DNA of 64,000 nucleotides from Podarcis melisellensis (lineage: Eukaryota). This document shows, one piece after another, positions 12,721 to 25,695 of the stretch (positions are counted from its first letter, which is position 1; each line of letters opens with the position of its first letter). The stretch is from assembly GCA_964234715.1 (NCBI GenBank), contig OZ174278.1; one strand, given 5' to 3'. The notes under the pieces were generated by a model. That model was not told where the DNA came from and ran no database searches. It saw only the letters and a program-made list of their open reading frames with translations. The position numbers and the translations under genes were made by a program.

Positions 12721-12962
12721 CAGTGGTACCTTGGTTCTCAAATGCCTTAGTTGTCAAACAAATCGGTTCCCGAACGCTGCAAACCTGGAAGTGAGTGTTC
12801 CAGTTTGTGAACTTTTTTCGGAAGCCGAACATCCAACATGGTTTCTGCTTGAGTGCAGGAAGCTCCTTCAGCCAATTGGAAGCTGTGCCTTGGTTTCCAA
12901 ACAGTTTCGGCAGTCAAATGTACTCCCAAAATGGATTTAGTTTGAGAACCAAGGTACCACTG
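12721..12962. mobile_element. Tc1/mariner (Tigger/pogo-like) MITE, family B
   Basis: Perfect 22-bp TIRs CAGTGGTACCTTGGTTCTCAAA / TTTGAGAACCAAGGTACCACTG, with TA on both flanks. Confidence 0.9.
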
Positions 12963-13322
12963 TATTTGTTTTGATTTTAGAGCGTTATCTATGTTACCAC
13001 GGGAGGAGGCATAAAGCCCTGTTGCAGTAGTAAAAGAACTTCTGGCTTTCCCTAGCTGAGTCGATCCCCAAGTGTGCATATTTGCCTACTCATATTTTGC
13101 ACCAACTGCCATGTCTCTAGCTGTGTTCACAGATGTGTGATACTTGAGATCTTATTGCCAGAGTTCATTGCACCATGTGGTGATGATTACACTCCACCTT
13201 CAATTTCTTTAATTACTTGGAGAAATTAGCAAGAATTGCTGGGTTGGGATTTGGGTTAAAAATAGGGTGGGGATGTTTATTTATTCATAAAATCAAAATG
13301 ATGGTCAGCATGGCTTTGTGAC

Positions 13323-13541
13323 TTGAAGACCCAAGTACAACTTGGCCACCTCATGAGAAGAGAAGAGAAGAGAAGAGAAGAGAAGAGAAGAGAAGAGAAG
13401 AGAAGAGAACGAGATGGTTGGACAGTGTTCTCCAAGCTACTAACATGAGTTTGACCAAACTGCAGGAGGGAGTGGAAGACAGGAGTGCCTGGTGTGCTCT
13501 GGTCCATGGGGTCACAAAGAAATGATTAAACAACAATAACA
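13323..13541 (+). mobile_element. BovB (RTE) LINE 3' end
   Basis: Translates LKTQVQLGHLMRR and TRWLDSVLQATNMSLTKLQEGVEDRSAWCALVHGVTKK*, matching the BovB ORF C-terminus. Ends in an AACAACAATAAC tail. Confidence 0.85.
13356..13405. repeat. (AGAAG)10 microsatellite
   Basis: Perfect pentamer array inside the BovB fragment. Confidence 0.95.
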
Positions 13542-16500
13542 CATAGTACCCAAACCCATATAGTCTGGACCATCAGTTTAAGCTTAACATGTTGCTAAGA
13601 TAGACATAGAGATAGAGGGAAGTAGGATATCTTAATGTAGCCATATAAGGAGTGATACTAGAGAGTAGTGGTATGAATCTGGCAGGCTAAAATGGAGGGC
13701 TAAATACCCCAGGGCAAAGCTCAAATGCAAGTGACATGGTTTTGCCACAAGGGGTTTCTGCAATGCTGGAAAGATAGATTTAAGAAGAGGAGGAGGAGGT
13801 AGAGAGAAATGATAATCTATTTCAGGGAAGGAACTGATTTCCAAGTTTCAGCTTGACACAACAGTAGGTTGTGAAGCAGGGTTCTTGAAATGGCTAAGCT
13901 CAAATCTAGCTGTCTGCTTCTCAATATATGCAGACTGTGGCTAGCTAGGTCTTGTGCTTCATCTAGTTATTTCAAGAATTCAGCAACCATCCTGGGGGGG
14001 AACCACTTGACTTGCTACATACAATCTGTAATTTCTCATGTAAATCAATATATTTTACAATTCAGTTATAATATATACATATTAATGCATATTATTTACA
14101 ATGCAAAAGGGGGAAATTGGAAGTGATATAGCTCCAAAAAATCATGGGCAAACAGATGGAGCATTATTTTCCTTCCCTTGCATGCTTTAGAGAGATTAAT
14201 ATCCAAATTTTTAAACACTTTCTTCATTATCAGTCATTTTATTTAGACCTTTCTTCTGCTTCTTACTGACACTTTGTGGCTATTGACAATATGCTTATCC
14301 TAGGAGTTGTGAAAACTCCTTTACTTGTTCTTCATCTGCCCTGTGTCATTGGATTAAATCCTATATAAATTACATCCATAAAGTTTTATATGAAGTTATG
14401 ATTAGCTAAATGTTTTAGTTATCCCTTGACTCATTTGGATACATACTACGTCATGAGCATAAGGGGAATCTCGGAGGATTAAAATAATGGAAAAGAGGGC
14501 CCTGGTGCTGAAAGGTACTTTTTCTTCTTATTAATTGCATGCATTAGTAAGATCTAATATACTCAGCCTCTAGGTACACTTAGCTAAATGAAAATTATTT
14601 AGTTCCAAAATGGTAGTTATTAATGCCAAAGAGGGACGCTTAACTATGTCCCCTTAATATAAGTGAGTTCTCTTGCTACCTATAGCAAAGGAGGATTGTT
14701 CTTTATTACCCTATTAATTAACCTTCCATCCCACAGAGAAAACAGCCATATTAATCTCTTGATACTGAAATCTTTTCAAATATGGTTACCTCATGGTCAC
14801 TGAAAATTAGAGTAGAAGGAAATAGGTAGCTATTAAACACTAAAGCTGCACTCCTGTACATACTTACATCAAAGTAAGTCTCACTGAACATAGGACTTTT
14901 TTTCTGATTACGCATGCTGAGCATTAAAATGTTAGCAAGGGTAGATAAATATTTTAACTTCGGTTTTTCTCATTTTCTTCGTCTCAGTTTTGGATTATTA
15001 TTTTTTTCATGCTCATCAAAATTTGGTGAGGGGGTCAGTGAGCAGATCAAGCAAGTTGATGCTCCTCAACTCCTGTGTTTGCATCTGTTGTAAAATGCTT
15101 AGATTTTTTTTAAAAAATGAAGTTGTGACATACAAAACAAGCCATTTAATTTGCCTCATATTGTCCTATTCCCATCCCTACCAGCCAAGGAAATCTATTT
15201 GGGATAAGGCAATGCACATTGCTCTGATGCTGCAACATTTAATTAATAGTGGGGAGGAACAATTCAGCCTAAAAATGTGCTTTCCCCCCAGCAACCAGAG
15301 CAGCAGCCCTTTCTCTGCTCTTCATCTATGTTAACAGCAGATGAAGCACATAAAGTACATCACACATTATTATAGAAAAGGAGAGATTGGCTACTAGGAA
15401 ATTAGGGACAAATGAGAGAGGGCAGTTGATCTAAAAACATGGTCAGGAATGGTGGGATGAGCACATCTAGAGGACACAAGGTTTTCTTGTAAATTGAAGG
15501 TTGTCGTCTTTTTATCTGAAGTAACCTTTTTTTAAAAAAAAGTGAGAGCGGCTTATGGCATGTAAGCATGCTGCATTGTTTTGCTTCATTCCCTCCATAT
15601 TAGTTAAATTAAGTTTCTGAATATTCTCAAGCTCAATTTTCTTTGAATGCTCCATAGTCTAATATTGGATGCACAATCAAATCAGTATAAATTATACCCT
15701 CTGATGTCTGGGTGCTCTCAATTCTCTTTACCTTAGGGTGCCGTAATTTGTTCTTTCACTGGAGTTAAAACTATATCATTCCTGACTGTGTAGATAACAG
15801 CACACAGGCAATGTCATGCTGTTCAAATAAAAGGATAACCTACATGATGTTTCCATGCTCTGTTATTTGACTTTCACAACATAAAAGTTGATTCTGGGTA
15901 AACAGGATTAAATTTCCTCTTTTGTGCTTGTGGATGAGAGAAGTCAATTAAATCTAGTTCAGATTGCGCCATGAGAGATTCTGCTTCTGATTGGCCTTCC
16001 CTTATATGGGTATCATCAGTGATGAAGGGAAGCCCCTAGGCACATATCTTACTTTACAATATGGTGACCTTTGTGAATTCCAGACTCTTTTCCAATAACT
16101 ACTTGACTAGCACAAGTCGTTAGTCGTATGTAGACCACAGTTTGAGAATGCATGCCCCGTGCAATGTACGGTAATCCCTATTCTGCACACCCAACATTAC
16201 TAGAGCAGGATTTGCTAGATGTCCTGCACAAGGTAGCCTCATCCTCAAAAGTTGGCTGCAACAGAAGGGGTCGGATACCTGAGCCCATTTTCCGTCAGGA
16301 GGAAATTGCCACTTTTTATGGACAGAGTGCTTCATTTTCACTTAGCCTCACAGACAAATGCAGGGGGGGGGGGGAGGTACTACATGTTGTTTTGAATTTC
16401 ATCCACACCATGCATAGGTTTGGTCAGAGTCTGATCAGGGTCTACATGGGAGACTGCCTTGAGCTTCATTGTGGAAGAATAAATGCACGAAATAATAAAT

Positions 16501-16898
16501 AGAAAGCCACATAGGTAGTGGTCCGTCACTCTGGCCAGCACACTTCTTCAACAAAGATACTGGCTCTGCGCTATGGGGCCCCTCCCCTTAAAGGTGTTTA
16601 TAACCTCATTTTTAGATCCTTCCATTTCCTTTCCAGAGTCTGTATGCCTCTTCAATCTGTTTTGCCAAGCTGCAAGAGGTTCTTTTGGATTCGGGATGGC
16701 AATTGAAGAAATACCAAGCATGCAATGTTTTATTTGTTAGCAAAGTCACTTCCTCTCAAGGCCTCTCCTTCTGATGGTCGGTGTTAAGATCCTCTGGCAT
16801 TGAGTGTCAGTGTTTGTAAAAAGCAAAAAAAAAAAAAAAAAAAAAGAAGGATAGGGTTCTGACCTCCCTTTATCTCCTCAGCCTGGTCCTCAGGCCCT

Positions 16899-17152
16899 TG
16901 TCGGCAAAAAAGAGTCCACGAGAATATCCTTGCAGAGTTTTATTCTTAAAAGTCTTTGTGCAAAACACGACTGAATAACTATACACACCAACACTAACTA
17001 ACCAACCAACCAACCAACCAACCCAAACACCAGCCCCAGCACTTGACATTTAACATTTTTCACTTTATATATACAACCTGCTGCAGGCCGCTGAGTCATG
17101 CTGACCCAGCTTTATTCACATTAAAGAAACAGCGGTCATTTTAGCCGTGACA
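16899..17152 (-). mobile_element. Putative short solo LTR (Gypsy-like)
   Basis: TGTC...GACA termini. On the minus strand a TATATATAAA box precedes an AATAAA signal, and there is an internal (AACC)n tract. No TSD found. Confidence 0.45.
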
Positions 17153-17521
17153 TAGAGTACATGTGGATACATCCTTTCGAGGAGTGAACTGGGTATAGAA
17201 ATGTATTATGTCATGAGAAAGGGTTGTGAGCTTCTAGTGAGATCATAGCATGAGAGAATACCGTGATGGGGTGGTGGGCTTTCCTTCAAGGCCATTGAGA
17301 TATAGTATAGGACAGCTACCAGGAATCTTAGGTGCATGTGGTTAGCTCACCACCTCTGCACTATGTCCCTTGGCTATTAGCCAGTCCTTTGAAGTGAAAT
17401 GTTGGCTTTGCAAGTAAGCAAACATGGAGGTGGGAATATTTGTGACTTCATTTAAGACACTAAAGATGTATATAAGCCCTTCCTTGGTGGGGATACCAAC
17501 ACAGACCTTAAGAAACTGGCA

Positions 17522-17689
17522 GCAGTAGTGGACTTTGGGCTCTCAAATTTCAGTGCCACCCTGTGCAACACTAAAAATTGGTGCCCCCCCCCGCTTCTCA
17601 TGCTCCATTCTACAGCATTGCTGTGTTACCCCCTGCAGTGTGGCACCCAGGGCAGCCAAACCAGTCGCCCTACCCTAAAACCACCTCTG
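17522..17689. mobile_element. Decayed GC-rich hAT-like MITE
   Basis: GC-rich island with GTGCCCCC and GGCACCCAGGGC motifs, ending in CCACCTCTG. Similar in style to 39405-39573. Confidence 0.35.
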
Positions 17690-20600
17690 GGGGCAGAGTG
17701 AGAGGATTTGACTTGACTATCAGGTGTTTGGCACTGTTACTAAGGAGCAGATTTCCCAGCAACTCAAAAGTCCATAAGATATCAACTTATCTGTATCAAC
17801 TTATCTGTGCTATATATTTTCATCTAACAAATAAAATCTGTTAAAGCGCATGTTTCTTTTATGTCTAAAAGTACCCCTTCCCTTTGGCAAGACACCACCC
17901 TCCTTTCTCATTTATTTCCCTGCCCCTCTTTTCACATACAGACTATTTATCACATGGTTAGGGTTGATCCTACGAAGCATCGTTCTCCACTCCAACATCA
18001 CACTTCCTGGGCAGCTGATAATGCTCTACATTTGCTGCATGCTGGGGAAATCATTAGTTTCTGAATTTTTGCTTGTTAGGCAGCTGTTAGAGGCACAAGA
18101 GGTGAGTCAGGAAGGGGGGCAGGCAAGCCCTCCTTTCACTATATAGACAATCATGTGAAATAGTTTTGTTTCACGTCTCAGTTTATTACACTCCGCTACC
18201 ATAATTGTCGGGCTATCAGACAAAACTGGCATTTGGGAAGGTAATACCAGTTATTTGTCTGGTGTGCCATATCCTGCAGATCAAAGAATGGAGCTTCCTG
18301 GTAGGGTGCATTAGCAACTCCATTTCATGTCTGATTGTGGTGAGCTGCTCACATTTTCTGCAGATTAGAAAGAGAAATCAGACATAAGAGGTCTTTCTCG
18401 TATTTTTGAACTCCTTGGGCAAAAATCAAGGCTAAAATTGTTCTTGAAAAGAAGGGGGAAAACCCTCAGTTTGTGAAAACTTTCCCCATCCCTTACACAA
18501 AGCAAACAAAAATAGCTAGGATTATATAGGCTACTATTTTATTTAAGGAACATGGCAATAGCATTCTAGTTATACATAGCCTGCATAAACCTGCCACCTA
18601 ATAAAATAATCACAAAGGGTTTCTTTAAGGAATAAGTTATTTGTTATCATTCTAGTATTTCTTACCTGTCCTTCACCCTCAGTGTGGTATAGTGTTTGGA
18701 GTGTTGGATGAGCACCTGGGAAACCAAGGTGTAACCTCCTTCCAAAGGAGAAATAATACACAGCTTTTCAGAAGGTTGGTCAAAACTTTGTTTCACCTGG
18801 CATTCAAACTGGGCTGATCCAGTGGCTATCCTCATGTTGCTATCTTTATGACGATTGCATTAACAGTGGAATTAATATAGATTTTAGTTCGTTGGTTTTG
18901 TGTTTTGTATTTAAACAGTACCCTCTTTTCTTTGTCACAAATCACCACAATGTTTCCTCACTTGCTTTCCATGATGCAAGACATACTTCATGAATAACAC
19001 CTAAAATCCTCAATATACTGAAAACCCTGAAGCAATTCTATTGCAATTCTACCACTGAATCATATGAAAAACAAACAATGCATATAGAGATTCACTATTC
19101 TACTAAACTCAGTAAATAGGTAATGCATCCAGATCATTCCCCATTAAAATTGAGACCTTCACTGAGGAAATAAACAGATCAAAACATGACCAATAAAGCC
19201 AACTCAATAGAGCATTTTAACTGCCACCATGTATTTCTCCACTGGCAAATCATAGCATAAACATGGTGCCTGTATTTCAAAAATCTACAGAACAGGCCAA
19301 GTCATTTCTTGAATTTAAGAATAGCTCCCTAAAATCTATTTACAGCCCTTAGATATTATGGAGTGACCCTTACTAACAGTACCAGTTCAAATGACTGAGA
19401 CTAGTGCCAACCAAATTTGCAGCATTCCTCATAATACACATGTGAATTTTAGCTGGGTGGATACAATTATAACAAATAAATAAAAAGATTGAAGTCCATA
19501 GCTTCCTGGCTCTAGTCTCAGTTTCTATCACTTTCCAGAACCATGATTATCTTGTAATAACACAACAACAGTGATAAGTTGGCTGTGTAAAATGGTTGTC
19601 GCACTTTAGCACAGTTTCAATAAGATGCCATCAATGGATGCAAGCTAAACAAACAATGTGTTTATTGCCTGATAACTATTACCTCAATAAAATTTGTAAA
19701 CTGGCCATCTGAAATGAGGAGCATTTATCTCCCTGATGTTCAATGCAAATCCTCAAACGTGGAACAAAATAAGGAACAGCATAATCATCTTCAACCATTT
19801 GGTTTCAATATTGGGAAAATTACATCAGCATGAAGTGCAAATGTAACATCTCTGAATAAGAAGCGAGGGAAGAACAAATCTGTCATGTGGGGATTCTCAT
19901 TTTTAGGCACACTTTACCTATGGAGAACTACATTGTTTGGAGAACTACATTGCAAAATTCAGAAAAGTGCAAATTTTAAAGGAGGGTGGGGTTTCATTCA
20001 CCACCAGGCCAAAATAGTCTTCTTTTTCCACCAGGCCTTTGGCTAATTAAGCTATATATTTTTATAAACTTTTTTTAAAACTTCTGGGGGTGGGTGGTGG
20101 TGTTATTTTTGTTTGTTATGATACAGATGAAAGACAGCATAGAAATTTAATAAATACTACTACATTGTTTTAGAAAATGTGGATTAAGCAGGTTTGCCTT
20201 TTAGTTTTAACTACCATGCACTATTTCCTTGTAACTCAAAGGATAGTGCTGTTTGTTTCCCATAGGAATCTAAGAGGAAAGTTAGAGAATCCGGCCAGTA
20301 TTGAAAACCATATCAGAAAAGTATGAATCAACCCAAAAACTGATTTACAGGCAATTTTTATGCATGTTTGTACAAGGGCACCTACTCCTAAGGAAGTGTG
20401 CATAGAATAGCTAGCTTACTAATGTACTAATGTGCAATAATAGTTATATGGAGAAGATGGTCATCCTTTTTTTTTTGCAGGCAGGAGGCAATCACCATTA
20501 ATTCTTATGGTCCTGCATAATTGTGCACAATGGCCATGTGCAATGGCCCACTAGTTCTTCTAGAAGGAAAGAGACAGTCATTAGACTTTTTTTTCCTGGC

Positions 20601-22394
20601 AAAGTTAATATTTAATAAATTCAAAATGCCTCTGAATTAGTTGAAGAAACTTATGATTAGATATTTTCCCCTGGTGTAATGGATTACAAAATGGTTGCTT
20701 GGGGCAATGAAGGTGATTTCACACAGATTACAGTCATTCAAATTACTTCCTTTATATATATATATTATATACAGAGAGAGAGCGCTCTAAAGTCGGGAAA
20801 TAAAATAATTACAAATATTAATGTTGTTAAGAAAATGAAGAGTAATTTACATGGATTTTTGGGTCATGCATACATGCAAAGATTAAAGTAATAAGGGACT
20901 ATTTTCCTTGGGTGGTGCTTTCTACATTTCCTGAACAAGTTACTTAGTGCAATTTTGAAATCCTGCACAGGTTCAGTGTGTGCATCAATAAAGAGGATGA
21001 CCCAGTGTATTAAAATCACCAGGCATTCATATAATACTACTGCTGCTCTAGTTCACTCTGTATGGGCAATTCAAATGACTAGTTTGAAAGGGAATTTTCA
21101 ATATTGTTTTGTTCATATGGATACCTTAACATGGGAGACTACTTCTGTGATTGCAAATTTATGAAAATTGTATTAACTTTCCATTAGACCACATGATATG
21201 TGATTAGACATCTCAGGTAGGAATATGTCAGTATAGAGATAATCTTTCTATGCCAGTTGTTTAGTGCATGGTATGAGGAAGGAGTACAGGGAAAGGAAGA
21301 GAGAACAAACAAGTTTATCTTCTAGGTCACAGAAGGGAGGGAACATCTGAACACTTTTCCAATATCCTCAGCCTTCATTTTGGATGATAATCATAACAGC
21401 AGCAACACAACATCATTCCACAACTATTGGCTATGCAGACTGGGGTCAGTGGCAATTATAATCCAAAACATCTAGAGGGCATCAGGTTGGGGAAGACTGT
21501 TATAAACTGAGATAAAGAGAAGGTGAATATTTAATATATACACATACATATGTGTATGTTTACCACCTTTCATCAAAATACCACAGAGCAGTATACAGTA
21601 TCAAATGTAAGAAACAATATAACTACATAACATAATATTCATGCAATACAAAAATTAAAACAGTTATGTATATGTAATTCAAATAATGTGACATACACAG
21701 TAATAAGTAATACATAATGGTGATTAAGAATGAGTAATGCATACATATCCTGTAAAAGGGATGTTTCACTCATCTGAAGTCCTTTGCAATTATAAACCAT
21801 TTCACTCCCCCATCATTCTGCAAGTCCAAAGATGCTGAAGAAAGGAGAGCAGGGATCTAGTGTAGCAAGGTATGGTGAGATTAAGGACCCATAAACTGTG
21901 CAGAATGTCAGACAGATTTGCCATTTTATAGCTGAGCGATTCTATGTGCCTGTAGCCAGTAGTCAAGTTTCTCAGATGTGTTGCTAGGGCCTCTGGGCTA
22001 CCCAATAGCTTCGATTCTTTAGCACACATTCTTCTTTGTTTCTTGGACTGTTTGTAAAAACACAGTATCCCTTTAAAAGTTGACTCTGTGTGTGTGTGCC
22101 TTTTTCTGTCAGTTCTTTTTGGATGATCCTTCTGCTATCAATGCATAATGATGACAGCTGCTACTAACAACTGAATGCTCTTCAAAGGCAAGGGCTCCTC
22201 AAAGGCAAGGGCCTAGCTGTACTGTTTCCATTGTTTTTCTTAGAAATCAGATCCTTGAGTTCGTCATCTGCCACTACTTAGTCCATCATACCTTATCTAA
22301 AAAGCACAGCAATTGAGCTCTCAGAGAACCATAATGTTCATTCACTTCTATCAGGTTGAAAGTGTAAGGAAGAATGTCACAAGTGTTATTGTAC

Positions 22395-22615
22395 TAGCTA
22401 GGAGACCGAGTTATGAATCAGAAAGTCTGTGGTTGAAATTTTGTATCTGCTATGGATTCACTAGATGGCCTTAGACAAATCTCTCTCACATAGTCTCTGC
22501 CCTGCATCGGCAATATGGGGGATACTGACACCAATTTATCTTATATGGCTGTTGTAAAGATTATGTGAAACATGCTGAACATGTGAAAGCGCTGTACAAG
22601 TGCTTATTATCATTA
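22395..22615 (+). mobile_element. Old MIR-like CORE-SINE
   Basis: Decayed head, a GATGGCCTTAGACAAATC core-like segment, GTTGTAAAGATTA, and an AAAGCGCT...TATTATCATT tail. Confidence 0.5.
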
Positions 22616-22676
22616 CCACCACTGCACAAGTAGATGACTTAAGGATTCTGTGCAAGAAGATGCCAAAGACCCATTG

Positions 22677-23095
22677 AATCATAGAGGTGGAAGGGACCTT
22701 GCAGGCCATGTGTTCCAATTCCCTGCTCAGTGCAGAATCTTCAATACAAGAATGACAACTTCCAATAGCTGCCTAGCATCTGCTTAAATGCTGCAGCAAA
22801 TGATAGTCTTCTACCCAGCTCCCCAAGCAGTTTGTCAACAGTAGTTTCTCATAAGTTTAACTAAAATACATTTTCCTGAAATTTACACCCATTGATTCTA
22901 GGCTGGCGTTCTTTCTAGGCATAAGACAAGCGGAAGGTGGATGAGCCTCAAGTCTGTACCACTGACTGACCGACAGCACATTGTATATTTTAAGGTGGCT
23001 ATTGTGTCCCTGCTTCATCTGCACTTCTCCTGGCAAACATGCCAACTTCTTTCAACCACTCCTTGCAGGACATGGTTTCACTATCCTGATCATCT
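22677..23095 (-). mobile_element. CR1 LINE 3' fragment
   Basis: Begins AATCATAGAGGTGGAAGGGACCTT (reverse of the CR1 ATTCTRTG tail region). Continues into CR1 ORF2-like sequence (CCCATTGATTCTAG, TCTTTCAACCACTCCT). Confidence 0.7.
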
Positions 23096-24651
23096 AGGAT
23101 GTTCATGAATCAAAACAGTTGGTTGTTGGCCCTTTAATATGCGTTCTCTTGTTTCAAATAGTTTTTGATCTCTCTTTTTTTTTTTTACCCTACTGTTCTC
23201 ATTGGTTCAGACTGAGGAATAACTTCTGGCAAACCTGCCATGTGATACTATGCAAGCAATAAGGCACCATACCGGAAACATTGTAAATTATTTTCTAATG
23301 CACATACGCATTGCTATTTTGGGTGCTGAGCCTCATACTGATAATTTTTCACACACAGGAGTGAAGATGGAGATGGCAGAAAAGAAAAGGTATTGAAAAT
23401 GGAAATGGGGGTTGAATTTTAAAGCTGAAAAAATTAATACAGAAAAATAGTAAGAAGTTCAGCTTGTTCCTAGTGTTGGTACCGTTCATGAAAAAGCCCC
23501 AATTTCCCCTTTCTCCAGAATATTTAACTGTGGGCAATAGCTTCAAGTGGAAGAGATCCTCCTTTTTTTTCTCAGTGTATCTATCACTCCTCCATTGTAA
23601 ATGGCTGAATCATTTTAGCATCAGTACTGAAAATGCTTCCATAAGCACGGAAATTAGATTTTACTCTTAGCCATCTGTAAGCAACTAAATCCTCGTCTCC
23701 TTAAGGTATTCTGTAAACTTTGTGCTTTAAGAATAACATCAAACACCCATTTGACAGGAATTACATGCTCCGTTGTTTTAAATGGATTCTTTTTAAATGT
23801 CCTGAGACTGAGAGCAACAAATTAGTCTGTTCCTTCAAATTTAACCTCTAGATTTAAAACTTCATCTTTTACATTGTTCTAATAATCTAAGTATTCATCA
23901 AGCAGTTATGTTTAAAGCCAGCTGAAAAACAACTCATTTTCTATCAACATTAAATTACAGAACCTTAAAATATCATTTTCCACTCTTACAAATAATAGAA
24001 AATACTTAGATCTTTCTTTCTGTTTTATTCATCTGCACAGCTGAGTAGTCTCCGTGTAAAATTGATTGCCTGGTCAATGATGCATCTCCTAATCTTTGAC
24101 ATATTCTTTAGCGATACCATCCCCTGCAGGTATAACATATCCTCATGTCTGAGAGTTGTCTCTAGAATGCTGGGAGGGTATTAAAAACCATTTTATTGAT
24201 GTCCTAGATGCTTCAAAAACTGTACTCTCTGTCCAAAACTAAAATACAAGTTAGCCCATAAACCCTGTTACCTGAAGACATATATCGGCCAAAGTGACAG
24301 CATTGTTTTACATTTAGAAAAATACCAAGGCACTGATAAAGCAGTGGAAGTGACTGATATCCATGTGCTTTTCTCTCTCTGTTTTTACCCATGCCCTCCC
24401 CAAAATATATAGAAATAGTAACAGAACTCTGGATCTTATTACAGACAGTATAGTGCATTCTCAAAGATATGAGCTCAGGCTCACCTTAGTAAAGCTAGGT
24501 TTAAAATCTATGCAACATCAATAGATCTAAAGGCCAGCTATGTTATTTAAACTTATGTGAATATTAAATATAGTATCCATGCATGTGTATACATTTTGGG
24601 GTGTGTTTTTAGCCCTCCCTTCAGATGTGAAGGAAATAAGTAGCTATCCTA

Positions 24652-24756
24652 TTTTTAAAAGACATCTGAAGGCAGCCCTGTTCAGGGAAGTTTTTAATAT
24701 TTAACACTGTATCTGGCTGGGGAAACTCAGCCAGATGGGCAGGGTATAAATAATAA

Positions 24757-24808
<52 letters not shown>
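24652..24808 (+). mobile_element. L2 LINE 3' end with (ATT)n tail
   Basis: AGACATCTGAAGGCAGCCCTGTTCAGGGAAG (same family as 61380-61537), then GGCTGGGGAAACTCAGCCAGATGGGCAGGGTATAAATAATAAA and the tail. Confidence 0.75.
24761..24808. repeat. (ATT)16 microsatellite
   Basis: Perfect trinucleotide array forming the LINE tail. Confidence 0.95.
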
Positions 24809-25414
24809 GAAATTGTAGTTCTGTGAGGGGAATAGACGTCTCTTAACAACTCTCAGCACCATTAACACATTAAAGTTCCCAGGATTCTTTGGGGGAAGCC
24901 ATGACTGTTTGAAGTGTTGTGATACTACAGTAATTTAAATGTATAATACAGAAGGTACCTAAGTCTCTTAGCCACCACATAATCCTCTTGCGTTATTCTT
25001 GGCATTTGTTTTACACCAAATGAAATTTGAACCAAATGCCCCCCATGTCAAAGTGCAACATTAAGGGCACAGTGCTTGCCAGTTTTTCCTTTATTATTAA
25101 ATAAATAAATAAAATCTCAAAAATAATAATCCTGAAGCTGTTCACATAATGAAATCCGAACAAAATGCACTAGAGAAAGAGTTTCATTTTTTTAAAAAAA
25201 AAACATAATTCACAGTATTCACAGGTAATGTTACTAATAATCAGGAAATTGTCCAGACAAACTGATATGTTTAAGCTGTTGATTGGCACACTCCATGGTC
25301 CATATCCATCTAAACTCATCTGGGAGATTATTCCAAATGGTGGGTGCCACCACAGAGGTGCTCCTCTATACTGCTGCCAGAGAAACAGATATAGATAATG
25401 ACTACAGTATAACA

Positions 25415-25695
25415 CGGGGGTCTCCAAGCTTTCCTTGCTTCAGGCCAGTGTCTCCAGCGATGATGCGCGGCGGGCCAGAGGGTGGGGGAGCATGCGCACG
25501 CTATTTCCGGTGCACATCCAGGTCGGAGAAGTCCCGTGGGCATGCGCACAAGCTATTTCCGGTGCTCCTTCTGACCCTGAAGTGGGTCCCCACGCCTCAC
25601 CGGTAAGAGCGGGCAGTGGCAAGGGTCACCAGGGGCCAGATAAACAGGTCGCTTGGGCCTTATCCGGCCCCCAGGCCATAGGTTAGTGACCCCTG
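25415..25695. mobile_element. Non-autonomous hAT element
   Basis: Exact 8-bp TSD GTATAACA (25407-25414 / 25696-25703). Termini CGGGGGTC...GACCCCTG. CpG-rich, with an internal duplicated GCATGCGCAC...GCTATTTCCGGTGC. Confidence 0.9.

Noticed and set aside
16152-16502. 116-aa ATG-started ORF with protein-like composition
   Set aside because: No family recognised. It crosses a poly-G run and a repeat remnant, and I saw no convincing splice context. BLASTX would be needed to revive it.
17780-22213. Short tandem duplications (TATCAACTTATCTG x2 near 17780, TGGAGAACTACATTG x2 near 19921, TCAAAGGCAAGGGC x2 near 22182)
   Set aside because: Ordinary slippage or repair duplications with no further structure.
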